This document shows positions 51,641-64,000 of a DNA stretch of 64,000 nt, piece by piece; positions within the stretch are counted from its first letter, which is position 1, and each line of letters opens with the position of its first letter. The notes beneath the pieces were generated by a model. The model was not told the origin of the DNA. It worked only from the letters and a program-made list of their open reading frames with translations, and ran no database searches. The DNA is taken from contig NC_087436.1 of NCBI RefSeq assembly GCF_036321535.1, forward strand, positions 111,850,001 through 111,914,000, read 5' to 3'. This DNA comes from Camelus dromedarius. Taxonomy: Eukaryota. Both the position numbers and the translations under genes were made by a program.

Positions 51641-52709
51641 TGTTCAACCACCACTGCTGTTTTCCCAGAATATCAAGTTTTAAGACTAAACAGGCTAAAC
51701 AATATGATATAAAATAATATTAAACTATTATTTTTTAGAAAACATTTTTAGAATTCAAGAAATTTTTGTTTGTTTAGTTTTTTTAAGGAATAAAGCCGAG
51801 TGTTGAAAGCATAAAGACAAAGACCTTGTTTTGTCATAAAATCTCCAGTTGAATAGAAACCATTACCACAGCCAAGGTTAACCACAGGCTGGATGTCAGA
51901 TTCTCTTTTCGGTCCTCCCTCACCCTCCCTCGCCCTCCCTCTGTTCTAGTGTCTTCAACACTTGGGCATCCTTTTGATGCAATCCATCCTATTGTCTGAG
52001 GTTCGAATTGTTAAAAGGAATATGAAAGATTAAACTTAATTCTTTTAGTCGCTTTCAATCAGAAGTCATTTTCTAAGCTTGTACAGACCAAGTTCATTCT
52101 ATCTTTTGTCAGCTTGCCCTCCACTCTCCAAATATTGGGAGATAATTAATGCACGCCTCTAGGTCTTCCCATTGTTGGGCTAAATATACCCGAGGGGCTC
52201 AGCTGTTCAAGTGCCCCAGAAACACACGTGCCAGTCTCCTTCATGACATTTTTACCAACTGACCTCTTGGCTTATCTGGCTCCCCGTTGGACAGCAAGCA
52301 TCTCCCTGGCCTGACTGCCTTCCCTGGCCACTGGGTTGTCAACGGAACTCTTAGAATGTGGCCTTTGAAACAGGAAAGTTACCCCACAAGTGATCTGGGC
52401 AGTCTTGGTTCAAATTCAATGGGTCTTTTGCCTTCCCTCCCTTTTTATAGAAGTCATAAGAAACATCATTGTAGATCTTGTCATCTTTTGCTGAACAATA
52501 TTGAAAGTGAAATAATAGTAAGAAGCTAGTTACACAACAGTGATCAGAAGCTATAAGATCTTTTTTCTTTTCTTTCCCTTGTACTGATTTCTAGACTACT
52601 TGCAAATGTTCCTCTTGATTGTAACACTAGGAGAGGGGTTTGGAGTGCTGCCTGCATTTATTTACAACAAAAGATGCCATGAATTTACCTAAGAATCTGA
52701 GAAGACCTT

Positions 52710-53040
52710 TTGCACTCATTCATTTTTTCAAAAATATTTCAGTGCTCGCTGTATACCAGGCATCTATTCTCAGTGCAGGGGAAAAGGAGCCATGCCCCCC
52801 AGATAAAGTGTGTTCTGTTTTGTTTGCCATTTTAGAACTCACAGTTCAGTACAGGAGCCAGATGACAGATAAACAGACACATATATGATACAGTGATAGA
52901 TCGTGAGAAAATACTATGACGACAAAGTGGAGTCAAGGGAGGGAGAGCTGCAGTGAACCCCACTAATGTGACTTGTGAAGACTTCTCCAAGGAGATAGAA
53001 TTTGAGCAAAGACCCAGACAAAGTGTCGGGGTGACACCAC
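52710..53040 (-). mobile_element. L2 fragment (continues at ~53912-54110 after MER63)
   Basis: 'cactcattcattttttcaaaaatatttcagtgct...taccaggca', 'gaagacttctccaaggagatagaatttgagc'. Confidence 0.7.
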
Positions 53041-53911
53041 TAGGGTGTGGGTAGCTGTTTAACAACTGGCTCTCTAAAAATAAAATAAAAACAAATAAAT
53101 CAGGAACCATGTATATACGTATGTTTGTGATAAATTTAACTGATAGAAAGATTTATAGTTCACAGTTTATGAATAAGAATTAAATATACAATGCTGTTTG
53201 TTATAAATTCCACGGAGCCAATTCATTCTCCCAAAATGCTTTCGTTGATTTGTGCTGAACTCTTGTATCCCTAGCCGAACTGTAATTTTAATTGATAGGA
53301 GGAGTTCTGCTATGAAAGCTGGCTGATGCTTTCTTTCACATTAATGAGTAAAAAGAAAGTGAAACAGCAGAGATGAATATCTGAATTTTTCTCATTCACC
53401 AATGGCATGAGTTACTTCTCTTCTGAATAAGATAGTGGTTTTTAAATATTGGAAGAATATTTCCACCAATGTGCCATTCACAGTGTAATGGTTACCGACA
53501 AGACACACTTTTATGCTTAATCTGCCTTATCCGTGTTTTTGTCCATCACTTTTGTGAGCCCAGACAGTCATCAAAACAAAACATGAAGCCCTGATCTGTA
53601 GCATTTTCCAGTTTATCGGGTGTGAATACTCCCCCTGTGGCCACCTTCAAGCTGTTAACGAGAAGTCACTGAACACGGCATCTGGGAAGAGATGCCCACG
53701 GCATGGATGGTTCCACCATGGAGGTACCATAGGATAAGTAACCTCAAGAACTCAGGTAACAGTGAAGTGGAGCAAAATAATTTGGAAGTTTTGAGCATTT
53801 ACTGCCTTTGTTTTTAATATAATGTATTTAACTGTAAATGAACAACTGTCTCACAAAATTCCTGAAAATGTAGCACTAGGTGAGCTGATCGGGGCTGGCT
53901 CCAGCGCCCTG
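53041..53911 (-). mobile_element. MER63 (C/D-length) hAT-Blackjack non-autonomous DNA transposon
   Basis: Minus strand starts 'cagggcgctggagccagc...attttcaggaattttgtgag'; the other end reads 'tgtttaacaactggctctc'. Confidence 0.8.
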
Positions 53912-54949
53912 CAGAGTGAGACGTGTGGACACTGAAGGACGGCAGAGCCAGAGGGTGTGAGGAGGACCGTCAGGCGGGAAAGCCTGGGGTACAGGGTTGT
54001 GGGTCGGGAGTGGACGTGAGGAGGGAGGTGGGCAGCGGAGACATTGAGGCCAGATCAGAAAGGGTCTTTGTGCCTGGTAGACGGGTCATTTTTAAGGGGA
54101 GGGGGAGTGACTACAGAGAACTATGCCCTCCAGTGAGGCCACCCTCGACCGCACACACCACCCCCAACAGAGATGCCCACCCCAATCAGCTACACGACTT
54201 TGGAGGGGCCACTTGTCCCCGGCTGTCTCTTTTCTCATCTAAGATTAGGCAGTTGGACTAATGTGATACTCAGGCTTCCTTCCAATTCTAACCATCTCTG
54301 AATCTGGATGAGACTTCACATCTTTTTCTTACAGTGATTGTGGCAGGTCTTGTTGCCTATTGACCATCTGTCTGGGGACTCCCAGGCTTTTTCAGCATGT
54401 CCGCCATATTGATATGTATGTGGTTAGTTTTCCAAACCCTGTGAACCCACGGCATCTTCTGCACCTCCTACTTGCTTCTGAATTTAGGGTCCTGCAGCCG
54501 TCTTGTAAAAAACCCAGTGACTTGCTTTTTCCAGTTAAGCATTTGGGGATAGTAAGGAGCAGCCCCCTTCATTTCCAGGTTTGTTACTGGCTGGCAGTCC
54601 ATCTTGAACACTGGCTCATATCACCTCATGTCACTGTCACTCTGAATAAACAAGTCCTCAAAGACTGAGATGCCTGGTTGAGAAAAGTTTGCAGGGGGAA
54701 ACAGACTCAAGGGACAGCCCGAGAACTGCTCTTGAGTCTCCACATTAACCACTGAGACCACTTCCAGGTTTGGAACCAAAAAGCTGGGCATTCCTTAGAT
54801 TATTAAGATGGAGGATGATGGAAGGTATCCTGGGGAGAGTGAACATCTATGGGTCAGTTATTACCAGCTCCAAACTCAAGGGATGAAGAAGCTGAACTGT
54901 TCCCTTGTGACTTAGGAACTTCCTGCTCAATAATAATAAGTTTTAGAAA

Positions 54950-55145
54950 CACTCACAGTGTAGTTGTTACAATTTCAAGCCCTAGGAGCAGACTGTCTGC
55001 ATTTAAACTCCAGGCCAACCATTCCTTGGCCAAGTTATCCAACTGATTATGAGTCCATGCCCTCACTTTGAAATGCAGGGTGATTGTGATAGTAACTACC
55101 TTACCAGGATGTTATTAGACTTAGATGAGTTAATACTGTTACGTA
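54950..55145 (+). mobile_element. MIR SINE
   Basis: 'ccttggccaagttatccaac...ttagatgagttaatac'. Confidence 0.7.
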
Positions 55146-55219
55146 GTGTTCATACAACATTACTGTGTTTTAGAAGCCCCATCATACCTATGAGTTCACT
55201 TTCTCTTTAGAACCGCCCC

Positions 55220-55586
55220 TGTCTTAGTCAGTTTGGGTTTCTATCACAAAAATATAAAAGAGAAGGTGGCTTAAACAACAAATATTCATTTCTCTTGGTT
55301 CTGGAGGCTGGGAAGTCCAAGATCAAGGCACTGGCAGACCTGGGGCCCGAGGAGACACACTTCCTGGCTTGTAGAGAGCTGCCTTCTCATTTACCTTCAC
55401 ATAGGTGAGAGAGCAGCCTCTAGTTTAGTGTCTTTCTTCTGGTGAGAACACTAATCCCATCACGGGGGCTCCACCCTCTTGACCTTGTCACCTTCCCAGA
55501 GGCTCCATCTCCAAGTACCATCACATTGTGAGATTAAGATTTCAATGGATGAGTTTTGGGGGGACACAAACATGAAGTCCATAGCA
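55220..55586 (-). mobile_element. MLT1A-like MaLR solo LTR
   Basis: 'tgtcttagtcagtttggg...tctggaggctgggaagtccaagatcaagg...gtccatagca'. 5-bp TSD gcccc/gcctc. Confidence 0.9.
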
Positions 55587-55665
55587 GCCTCTCTCTTGGA
55601 ACAGGGTCGGTTGATAACACCACCTCCATTTGATATATTTCTTTTCAGATTCTTTCCCATTTTAG

Positions 55666-55950
55666 TTTTTTTTTTTTTTAATTGAAGTATAGTCAGTTTA
55701 CAATCTTGTATCAATTTCTGGTGTACAGCACAATAATTCAGTCATATAAGAACATACATATATTCATTTTCATATTCTTTTTCACCATAAGTTACTACAA
55801 GATATTGAATATAGTTCCCTGTGCTATACAGTATAAACTTGTTACTTATCTATTATATATATATATTAATTATTATCTGCAAATCTCAAACTTAATTTCT
55901 CTCTCCCTACCCTTTCCCCTGATAACCATGGTTTGTTTTCGGTACCTGTA
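55666..55950 (-). mobile_element. L1 3'UTR fragment
   Basis: Poly-T followed by 'aattgaagtatagtcagtttacaat...gaatatagttccctgtgctatacag'. Confidence 0.88.
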
Positions 55951-56399
55951 AATTTACCATTATCTTTTATTTATTAGATCTAGTTGATTTATATACTTAT
56001 GTATTTATTTTATTTATTAAATGTGTTCTAAAGATTCATAAAGTGATATAAAGTAGTGTACAGAATTTTGAAAAGCAAAGGAAAACTATTCCTTATTATT
56101 GTATCACCTAAATTTCTTATTTGTTTGTTTTATCCTAATCCTTTCCTGTGTCATTGTCAAGTGTGCTGTTTGGAACCTACGTTTTCATTAACCTTGTATC
56201 AAGTGTATTTTCCATATTGATGCCTTTTTGTGTATTGATTGTTTTTAAATGGCACTTAGGAAAAAAAAATTCTGCACAATCACCGTTCCTTTCCTCCAGC
56301 TCTTATCACCCAGTCCCCTGGAGATATCCTGTTGGGCTAGAACAACAATTATACTTCCATGTGATGATAAGGCCTTTGAGTGAAAATAAAATGGGACGA

Positions 56400-57150
56400 G
56401 AGGTTGGAGGGTGGCTGGGATGGGGGTGGGCACTTAGAGAGAGGGGTAAAGGGAAGTCTCTCCCAGGGAACAGTGGAGCGGGCACCACCCCGCGAAAGCG
56501 GAGACGCTCACCAGGTGAAGGGTTGGGGGAAGTTTGCTTGCACGCAAACAGAGCCACAAGCACAAAGGTGCGCATGCGTTTGGAAATTTCCTGGGACAGC
56601 AGTGGGATGGCCAGTGTGGCTGGACGCATGCGCAGAAGATCCCATCCGGGAGCTCTCTCGATGAACGCCCCTGCCCTTCCCGTTTCCAAAGTCCAGTTGG
56701 ATCATTCCCGGCATGACTGCAGACAGCCACGTGGTGGAATGCTGAGTCTTATATTCTCGGTCACCTGCTCTTTTGGTGTGAGGCTGATTCGGCTGGAAGA
56801 CAAAGAGGGGAGTTGGAGATGTTTCCCCTCCCTCTGAAGGGTTGGCTTCACGGGCGGGGACACATTTTCCAGATGGAAAATGGCCCTTCCCTTGGAGGCT
56901 GCGGCCTCTCCGCCATCCCTGGGGCTGGCTCTGGAGACCCCTTGGGTGCTTCTCCGGCGGGCCTGCAGCTGGGCCAGTCCCGAGTCCCTGGGCGTCACAA
57001 ACACCCGCCGAGTCGCAGAGAGTTCCTTCCTGTGCAAAATGCAGACTTCCTGCCACAGGGCCGAGGGCAGCAGATTCTGAGTACCGGTCCGTGGGCCGGA
57101 GGGGTTCCCAGGATGGCCAAGTGAATCCTCGGCGTGGGCCATTTTTAAAG
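56400..57150. promoter_or_regulatory. Intronic GC/CpG-rich promoter-like island
   Basis: Locally dense CpG, two NRF1-like sites, a CACGTG E-box, a GC box and two YY1-like cores. Confidence 0.5.
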
Positions 57151-57549
57151 AGAGGCTTATGGTTCCCCAGTTTCTGTCTTTGTGACAGATTTCTTTGTTT
57201 TCTTTGTATTCTTTGTGTGCCCTGAGAGGGCCCTTTAACATTCTATGGATAATTACCTACCCTAACCTTTGCTCTTTTTATTTTGCTAACATTGACTGTA
57301 TTAATTTGGTACCAACGTGAGTAGAGATCTCAGGCATAATCTTGGATGTGGAAAGAAAGTCCAAGAGGCCTCTTACCTTTTTAGGAGTTTCCGTTCTCCT
57401 ATCTGAGTGTAGGATTGGATTTTGATGCAGTGAATCACTCTTTGGCTTTCTTCTGGGTTTATTTACCAGTTTTTCCCGTAAAACAGTTGCCTTGGATCTT
57501 TAGAACGAAGATCTAATAAAATTATAGGATAGAAAAGAATAATGCCTAT

Positions 57550-57900
57550 TCATCGGGTTAGACTAGCTACTGTCAGAAAAACTTCAGAATTTCAATGCCT
57601 TCATAAAATAACGTTGGTCTTTCCCCTCTCTCCAGTGTGGGATGCTGCCCCACTTAATCACTACAGGATCTTCTGGAGTAACAGTCATGCTGCCTCCCTT
57701 GCCCAGGGCTTCCCTTGGGTCCTTTGCGTCCAAACAGCTGATGATCACAGAGTGTGAGGATGGTCTGAGAGCCAGGCCTGGAAGTGGTGCTTTGATCCCC
57801 ACTGGACAGAACTCGGTCATGTGGTTCCAGGTCCACACAAACGCAATGGGAGATGTGGTCCAGGAGCAGTTGTCAAGGAAGAGGACGCAACTCAGGCACA
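57550..57900 (-). mobile_element. Old MLT1-type LTR
   Basis: 'gggttagactagctactgt', 'atccccactggacagaactcggtcatgtgg', 'ggagatgtggtc'. Confidence 0.55.
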
Positions 57901-57911
57901 CGGTGTTTCTC

Positions 57912-58095
57912 TGAGTGGTTTTCTGCCAACCTGCAACACTGTCACTGGGTGTGGCAGGTGATGAGTAAAAATAAACCTTCTCTGGTCCAAACCACGACCT
58001 CACGAGGAAGAATAGCTCAATATGGGGTCCAAGGATCTGCATTTGAATATGCCACCCAGCCTAGGTTTTCAACACCCTGATGTTTAAGATTCTGA
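57912..58095. mobile_element. MER5-like hAT MITE
   Basis: 'ggggtccaaggatctgcattt...ccctgatgtttaaga'. Confidence 0.45.
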
Positions 58096-59612
58096 GCTAG
58101 GAAAGTAGGGGCTGAAGTTATATGGAAGTAAACGTGATAAATGCTCCTCTTGTCCTGCTTTCTCTACCTCTGGCACCCTTTCAAAGAGGAATTAAATTAA
58201 TAACTTGTTGATTTGTGACTCTTGCCCTTTAAACATGTAAGCTCGCAGCACGCTGGATGTCAAGATCTTTGGTAAGTACCTCAGTACTCTTAAGGAGTCT
58301 GTTCAGTTAACAAATAGAGCAAAACCAAGGTTGTTTTTTCCCTCTGTCCTTGGCCGACTGGAGCTGGTGCCCTCTGTGACTGGAAGCTTGCAGGCTGCCT
58401 GGGCAGGGCTGGTGATGGATGGCTCTCTGCGTAGCTGCCTGTGACCCTCGGTATCCTCTTCCCTTTCCTCATCCTCTTCCTTTTCCTGGTGACCAGCCTC
58501 TGCGGGGCTTGGCATCCTTATGAGTGTTAGACTTAAAGAACTTCAAGTTTGCTGCACTTCAGGGGTGGGGGACTGTGGCATTGTTCCTGCTTCTCTTGTT
58601 ATCGTTTGCGTTAATAATTCCAATTTCCTTATATTCCCGTGGGAAACGGGAAGCCTTTAAAAAAAAAAAATACTGTTGGTGGCGAACAGTGTGGGTTGCA
58701 GATAGCACTGTTTGGAGAAAACTCACCCAGAGCCAGAGCTGGAGGGCTCTTTGATTCACCCAAGATAGGGCTGTTTCTATAGTTACACTGGTATCAAACT
58801 TGTATTCCGGGCTCTAAATATTTAAGGGAAGAATCTAATAGCCAAAAATGGGGAAATGGAATATTCCTCAAAAGAAAGAGATGAAGGTTTTGAGGTCTAT
58901 TTCAGTATATTAAACGTGTGAAAATCAGAGAGCCCAGACAGTGAGCACATTCTTGTAAAACAATTTTCATAAATTGGTAAGAACAGCAGAATAAAAGAAC
59001 TTTTCATTGAGATTTTTGTTACGTGAGAGCCACTTGGTGTCCTTTTTCTTGTAACATCCATGTGAGGAAGGTATCAATGGGCCCATCTTACAGATGAGAA
59101 AACAGGTGTCAGGTGATTGAGTAGTTTAATGGAGTCAGGTCCTGGGGCAACTGAGCAAGGAGGCGATTCAATTCAATTGAACTCAACACTAGCAGTTCTT
59201 CAGCTCCTGTTGTGTGCTCACAGCAGGTGTATGGGTTTGGGAGGATGAGTTCATGCAGTCTCTGTCTGGGAGGACAGGAACAGCTTTGTAGGCAGAGGGA
59301 ACATTATGTGCAAAGGAGGAGTGCCAGTGCATAGTGTGTCTGGGAGAGGTCTGCTGCTACCATGTGGCTGGTGTATTAGGGCTGAATCTGAAATCATGTC
59401 TGGAGGCCACACAAGGCCATCTGCAATTCTGTAGCCAATAAGAAGACTTAAGAGTTTTAAAGCAGGGTTCAGCATGTTAATACCCGTGGTCAGAAGGAGG
59501 GCTGGTATTGGAAAGAAAGTCAGATGTGAATGGAGTCATCTGGGCTCAGCTCAACCTCAGCCCTCAGAGAAGCTGAGGAGCCATCACCCACCCGGTATGC
59601 TTTGAACAACTG

Positions 59613-59815
59613 TAGCGCTGGCTTTCACTCGGGGGCAGGTTTGCCCCACAGAGAACATTTGTCAATGTCTAGAGACATTTTCAGCTGTCACAACTAGACG
59701 GGAGAGCTACTGACATCTAATGATGCTGCTAAACATCAGACGAGGCACCAGCCTGTCCCCCACAATGGAATTACCGAGCCCCGGGTATCAGTGGTGCCAA
59801 GGTTGAGAAACCCTG
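59613..59815 (+). mobile_element. MER20 hAT-Charlie MITE
   Basis: 'acatttgtcaatgtctagagacattttcagctgtcacaact...gtgccaaggttgagaaaccctg'. Confidence 0.88.
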
Positions 59816-62800
59816 ACCAACAGTGATTTGGGGTAAAACTGGCTGAGTGTTGACTGAAACTCACAATCCCCACATTTTTTTCTCACTTCTTTTGATCCAA
59901 CTTAGTGAGTCTGTGCTTGAACTTTCTTATCTGCAAAGTAGACATATGATAATAGAAAGAATCCAGTTGTAGGACAAATAATTTTATGAACTGTGCCATG
60001 ATTAGTTTGAATATATGTGTTCTTTGTAGTCAAGCAAGGAAGAAACCCTCCTTACCCTAATGGAGTACTGTTTTGCTAGGGGCTGTTCTTTTAGTTAACT
60101 TGTCTATTACATTTAAGCTACAACATTCTTGTTTCAGGACTGGTACCTGCCCTTTTGGCAAATTCTTTTAGATTGATTTTTTTTTGTAGCTGTCGTTATG
60201 CCCCTGGGGTATCCAGTTTTTTCACTGGGCAGATGCAGATCCACGTGGTAAAGAACAATGGTCTTGCCAAGGTCAGTATACTGCTCGATATGAAATAAGT
60301 TCACCAACTCAGCCCACAAACATGGATCACGGCCAATATGGCTTCAGCATTATAGAGTCTCTTATTGAATAGGCTGGTCATGAAAGTAGTGCTCTCTGAA
60401 TGAGATGGTTTTCAGATACTCTGTCAAGGAAACATCAAGCATTTGGATGGAAGGGAGCACTGATTTTGTTCGGTCTACCTGTACTCTTACAAACTAGGGA
60501 CCAGAGATGTTGAGTGATTTCCTGAGGTCACACAGCTGAGGGGGTGGCAGCCTTGAGGCCCTGTTTATAAGGGCATAGTCATTTAAAAACCACTCAAGCC
60601 ATGCTGGGATTCTGTATTCATAGATGAGCAGGTGTCATTTTCTTCCAGTTTGAACAAGGGTGGATCAGTGAGACTGAGAGTTTGGGGTCTCTGTCTAATA
60701 GAGTGGTACTCATTGAACTGGGAAAATTGCATATCTGCTCATGTGAGAGGAATGCTTTGTTTTCTTTGTGCCAGGGGTCTCCTTGTACTTAAAGGATCAA
60801 CACTTTAAAATGGGCTGGAAAGGCTTTTATGACCCTCTTTAAATAAGTCCCATAAGGATTTAAATGGTATAGGAAAGTTTAGGTAAAGGAAAGTGCCCAT
60901 GGGGCTGGCGGAAAATGCTTCTTTTCAGACACCCAAACCCCCTCTGTCTTTCGCAGTGTTTGTCTCCGCAGTAGTTAGGAAGATCCTTTCTGGCTAAGTT
61001 AAGGCTTTGGAGAGTGTCACGCTGTGTTCATTTCCCCCATGTTTACAGGAAAGCCAGGGCAATGTTGCCAGACAGGCCTGAGTCTTTGAATCCCATCTCT
61101 GTGATGGACTGACCTCTCTGAGAGGTTTTTTCATCTGTCAAATGGAGATAGTTATCGTCCTTGTCTCTAAATTGGAGAGGATTAACTTGTTTAAAAAATT
61201 TTTTGTTAAGCCTTCTGCACAGCTCCTGACAAATTTTAACAGCTCGATATATATGAGCTATTACTATTATTTGTAGTATTGCTATTACTACGTTATTTCA
61301 TTATAAAATGTGTCTGGCACATAGCAGGTTTTCAACAAAGATTACTTCTCTTTTTCTTTTCGAGTAACTCTTCTGCCATTAAGTGACTGTGTGGCCCCAA
61401 AAAAGGCCCCCTCCTCCCTGGGCCTCAGCCTCCTATTTTGCATGAAATGAAGACAGCCCCTCACAGCTTTGCACGTTCTCCACAATGAGCCTCTCTACCT
61501 GCGATTCTGGTCACACCACAGCTCAAGATTCCAAAGTGATGGCAGTAAGGAAGAGGGCTGTGAAGGGGCTGAGGATGCAAAGAGTATTTCCCACCATGCA
61601 GATTTGGTTGTGAAGGCTCACTCGTAATGAAATTGAAGTAATCAAGAGGGAAAAGAGAAATGAGGCACTGTTGTCGCTTCAGTGTTGCCACAGAGCTTAC
61701 GGCTTTCAAAATGCAGTTCGGCATCCAGTTAAGTGACTCTTACTAAGTGGTACCCGGGTGAATCACCCACACCCGTACCAGTCTTGACAGCAATTGCTCT
61801 TTGTAGTCGTCAGTCCTCCTGGAACTCCGATGATCTCAAGTTAAAGTGGCAGAATGTTTCAAGGACAAGTCATTTCTCTTACCTATAGCACAGAGATCCC
61901 ATCCAGGGATCACATCTGTGACTTCACACCACTTTTCGTAGCTCAGTTTCCTCATCTGTAAAATGGGGACAATTCACAGCCCTGGGGTGAGATAGTACTT
62001 TCCTAAGATGATGCACAGGATGATGCCTGACATATTGGAATCTCGAGAAATGCTATTTTGTTGTTATTTTTTTTTTAAAGTAGTAGTTTAGTGGTTTTGT
62101 AAGGCTCTATCTGAGGCCTCTTTTTGTTTAAAAAAATTGTGATTTCAAGTTTGAAGGGTTGGTTGATCCCAGGGCAATTAGCAAGATCTTTTAATGGATT
62201 TTTTTTTTAAACGATACCCTTAAGAAACATGGGCAATGATACAGAAAGAATTGTGTATTGACGCAGTTTGTATAGTTCAATAAATATTGTATCCAGTCCA
62301 GGATGGAAAAAGGATGTTGCCGAAATCATTGTGATGCGATAGTCTAAAAAAATAAACCCAACAATAGGCCAGTGTGCCGGCCAGCAGGAAGCCCCGACAA
62401 TACCCCCACCTTTTTCCTGTACCTTACCCGGAGTTCCTTCCAGGCCACGCAGATAACCCAAGGGTGATAAAGTCTCGGACAGGGTTTGTGTCAGCTGAGA
62501 GTGGAAGAATTAGTGTCAAATTGTTATCTGATCAGTAAACGGACTTGGCAAATACCCTTCTCAAGCTGTGTTTAAGAAAGTCCCTTGCAGGGGGGAAAAG
62601 TCCTTTTTTCACCTGAGTAGTTCCTCTGAGTCACGGTGACGCACTGAGACTCGGCTCACCCGGCGTAGGGGCACCTCCGTCTCCGGGCTGTTATCGCATC
62701 CTGCAGGGAGCCCTCGTTGTGAGCGGTGATGTACATAGTCATTTCTCGCATTAAAGAAGCCCTGTGCTTTCAGCGTGCTTGCCCATCCCTTACTGCGTTT

Positions 62801-62859
62801 AGCTCCGGAGGCAACTCCAGGCTTTGACTATTCCCTCCATGATTTATGCAGACCTGTGA

Positions 62860-63105
62860 GCCGGGGAAACGACTCATGCCCTCTGAGCCTCAGTTTCCTC
62901 CTCTGCAAAGCGGGAGATGACGATCCTATCAATATCCTTGGGTTGCTGTTGGGATTACGGGAGATAATGCAGGCAGGGTGTTGGGCTGCGTGCTTGGCAT
63001 CACTTGCTACATTTTAAAAGTGAGAAAAATAGTAATATTATTACTAACAATTCTGAAAGGCACAGTATTATCTCCATTTTAGAAGTGAGAAAACTGACAC
63101 TCATT
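62860..63105. mobile_element. MIR fragments in opposite orientations
   Basis: 'ctctgagcctcagtttcctcctctgcaaag' then 'ctccattttagaagtgagaaaactga'. Confidence 0.7.
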
Positions 63106-63229
63106 CCTTCTGGGTAGGAACCACGTCCCACACACGATTTTAGGTTGGGCTTGGGTGAGGGAGGTTGTAAGTAAGTAAATATATTAATATAAGATATACT
63201 GGGTTCTGTTTACGTGATGTGTAAAAGGC

Positions 63230-63790
63230 AAAGCAGAGGATGGGAGGAGAGGATAAGGGAGCTGGTGGAGGTGGACTCCTTGTTGAGGAAGGACTGTCAG
63301 GGATAGTCTCTGATGAGGGGACACTTTAGAGGAGACCTCCATGGATGGGGGAAAGAGCCTTGCAGCCATCTGGGGGAGGAGCATTCAGGCAGAGGGAACA
63401 GCCTGTGCAAAGGCTCTGTGGCAGGAGTTCCTCAGTCTGTCTGGTGGATGGCGAGGACCCCTGGGTGCCCTGAGCAGAGTGAGCCAGGACCTCAGTAGGA
63501 GATGAGGTCAGGAGAAGTGAAGTAAGTCAGGCTTTGAAGACCATAGTTAAGATTTGCCATTCTATCCAGTGACAAGCCCCTGAGAACTTCTGGGCAGAAG
63601 TTTTGATCGAATTTAAACTTTGTATAAAGCTCACCCTGGATCCTGTGGAGGGAAGGGATTGCATATAGGTAAGATGGGAGAGGGTACATCAATATGGAGA
63701 CTTTTTCGGTTTAGACAAGCCAAGATGGTGGCTTGGACAGGAATGGTAGCGGTAGATTTGATGGAGATAGTGATGGACTGTAAGAAATAA
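63230..63790 (-). mobile_element. L2 fragment
   Basis: 'gagcattcaggcagagggaacagcctgtgcaaaggctctg', 'gatggtggcttggacagg'. Confidence 0.8.
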
Positions 63791-64000
63791 AAGGGAGCCT
63801 AAGAGCCACTCATTCTTAATCCCTCCAGAACTGCTGGTCTACCAGGGCATAGACACTCTGTTCAAGAAATGTTAAGCTCCATACCCTCCAGGTGTAATGT
63901 TTTATGGAAATTAAGAACAGGGATTATCATGGGCTGAAGGAGAACATGGGACTTCAAATGTCCCTCAAAAAATTTGAATAGGCCAAGAAATGAAGGCAGA

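Noticed and set aside
56148..57241. Cluster of long overlapping ORFs (up to 229 aa) on both strands
   Set aside because: Expected from stop-codon depletion in GC-rich DNA; no recognisable protein.

Overview
Mammalian genomic DNA, most likely camelid (alpaca/camel/llama), judging from five Vic-1-type tRNA-derived SINEs and cetartiodactyl-type L1 3' ends. The only recognisable gene is LDB2 (LIM domain-binding 2) on the + strand. Its promoter and 5'UTR lie at about 27.3-28.15 kb and coding exon 1 at 28154-28285 (44 codons, phase-0 GT donor). The remaining ~36 kb is intron 1; I did not find exon 2 (expected to begin DSDNLWW). Upstream DNA is repeat-rich: old L1, L2, MIR, MaLR/ERVL LTRs and a decayed ERVL provirus carrying an internal inversion. 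I found no evidence of a new multi-gene system. The best leads are regulatory or splicing-level: two uORFs in the leader, a candidate poison exon/microexon, a candidate alternative first exon, an intronic CpG-rich promoter-like island with an inverted NRF1 pair, a duplicated AG|GT element, and a CTCF site with its upstream module. Repeat subfamily names come from remembered consensus sequences, and repeat boundaries are approximate.
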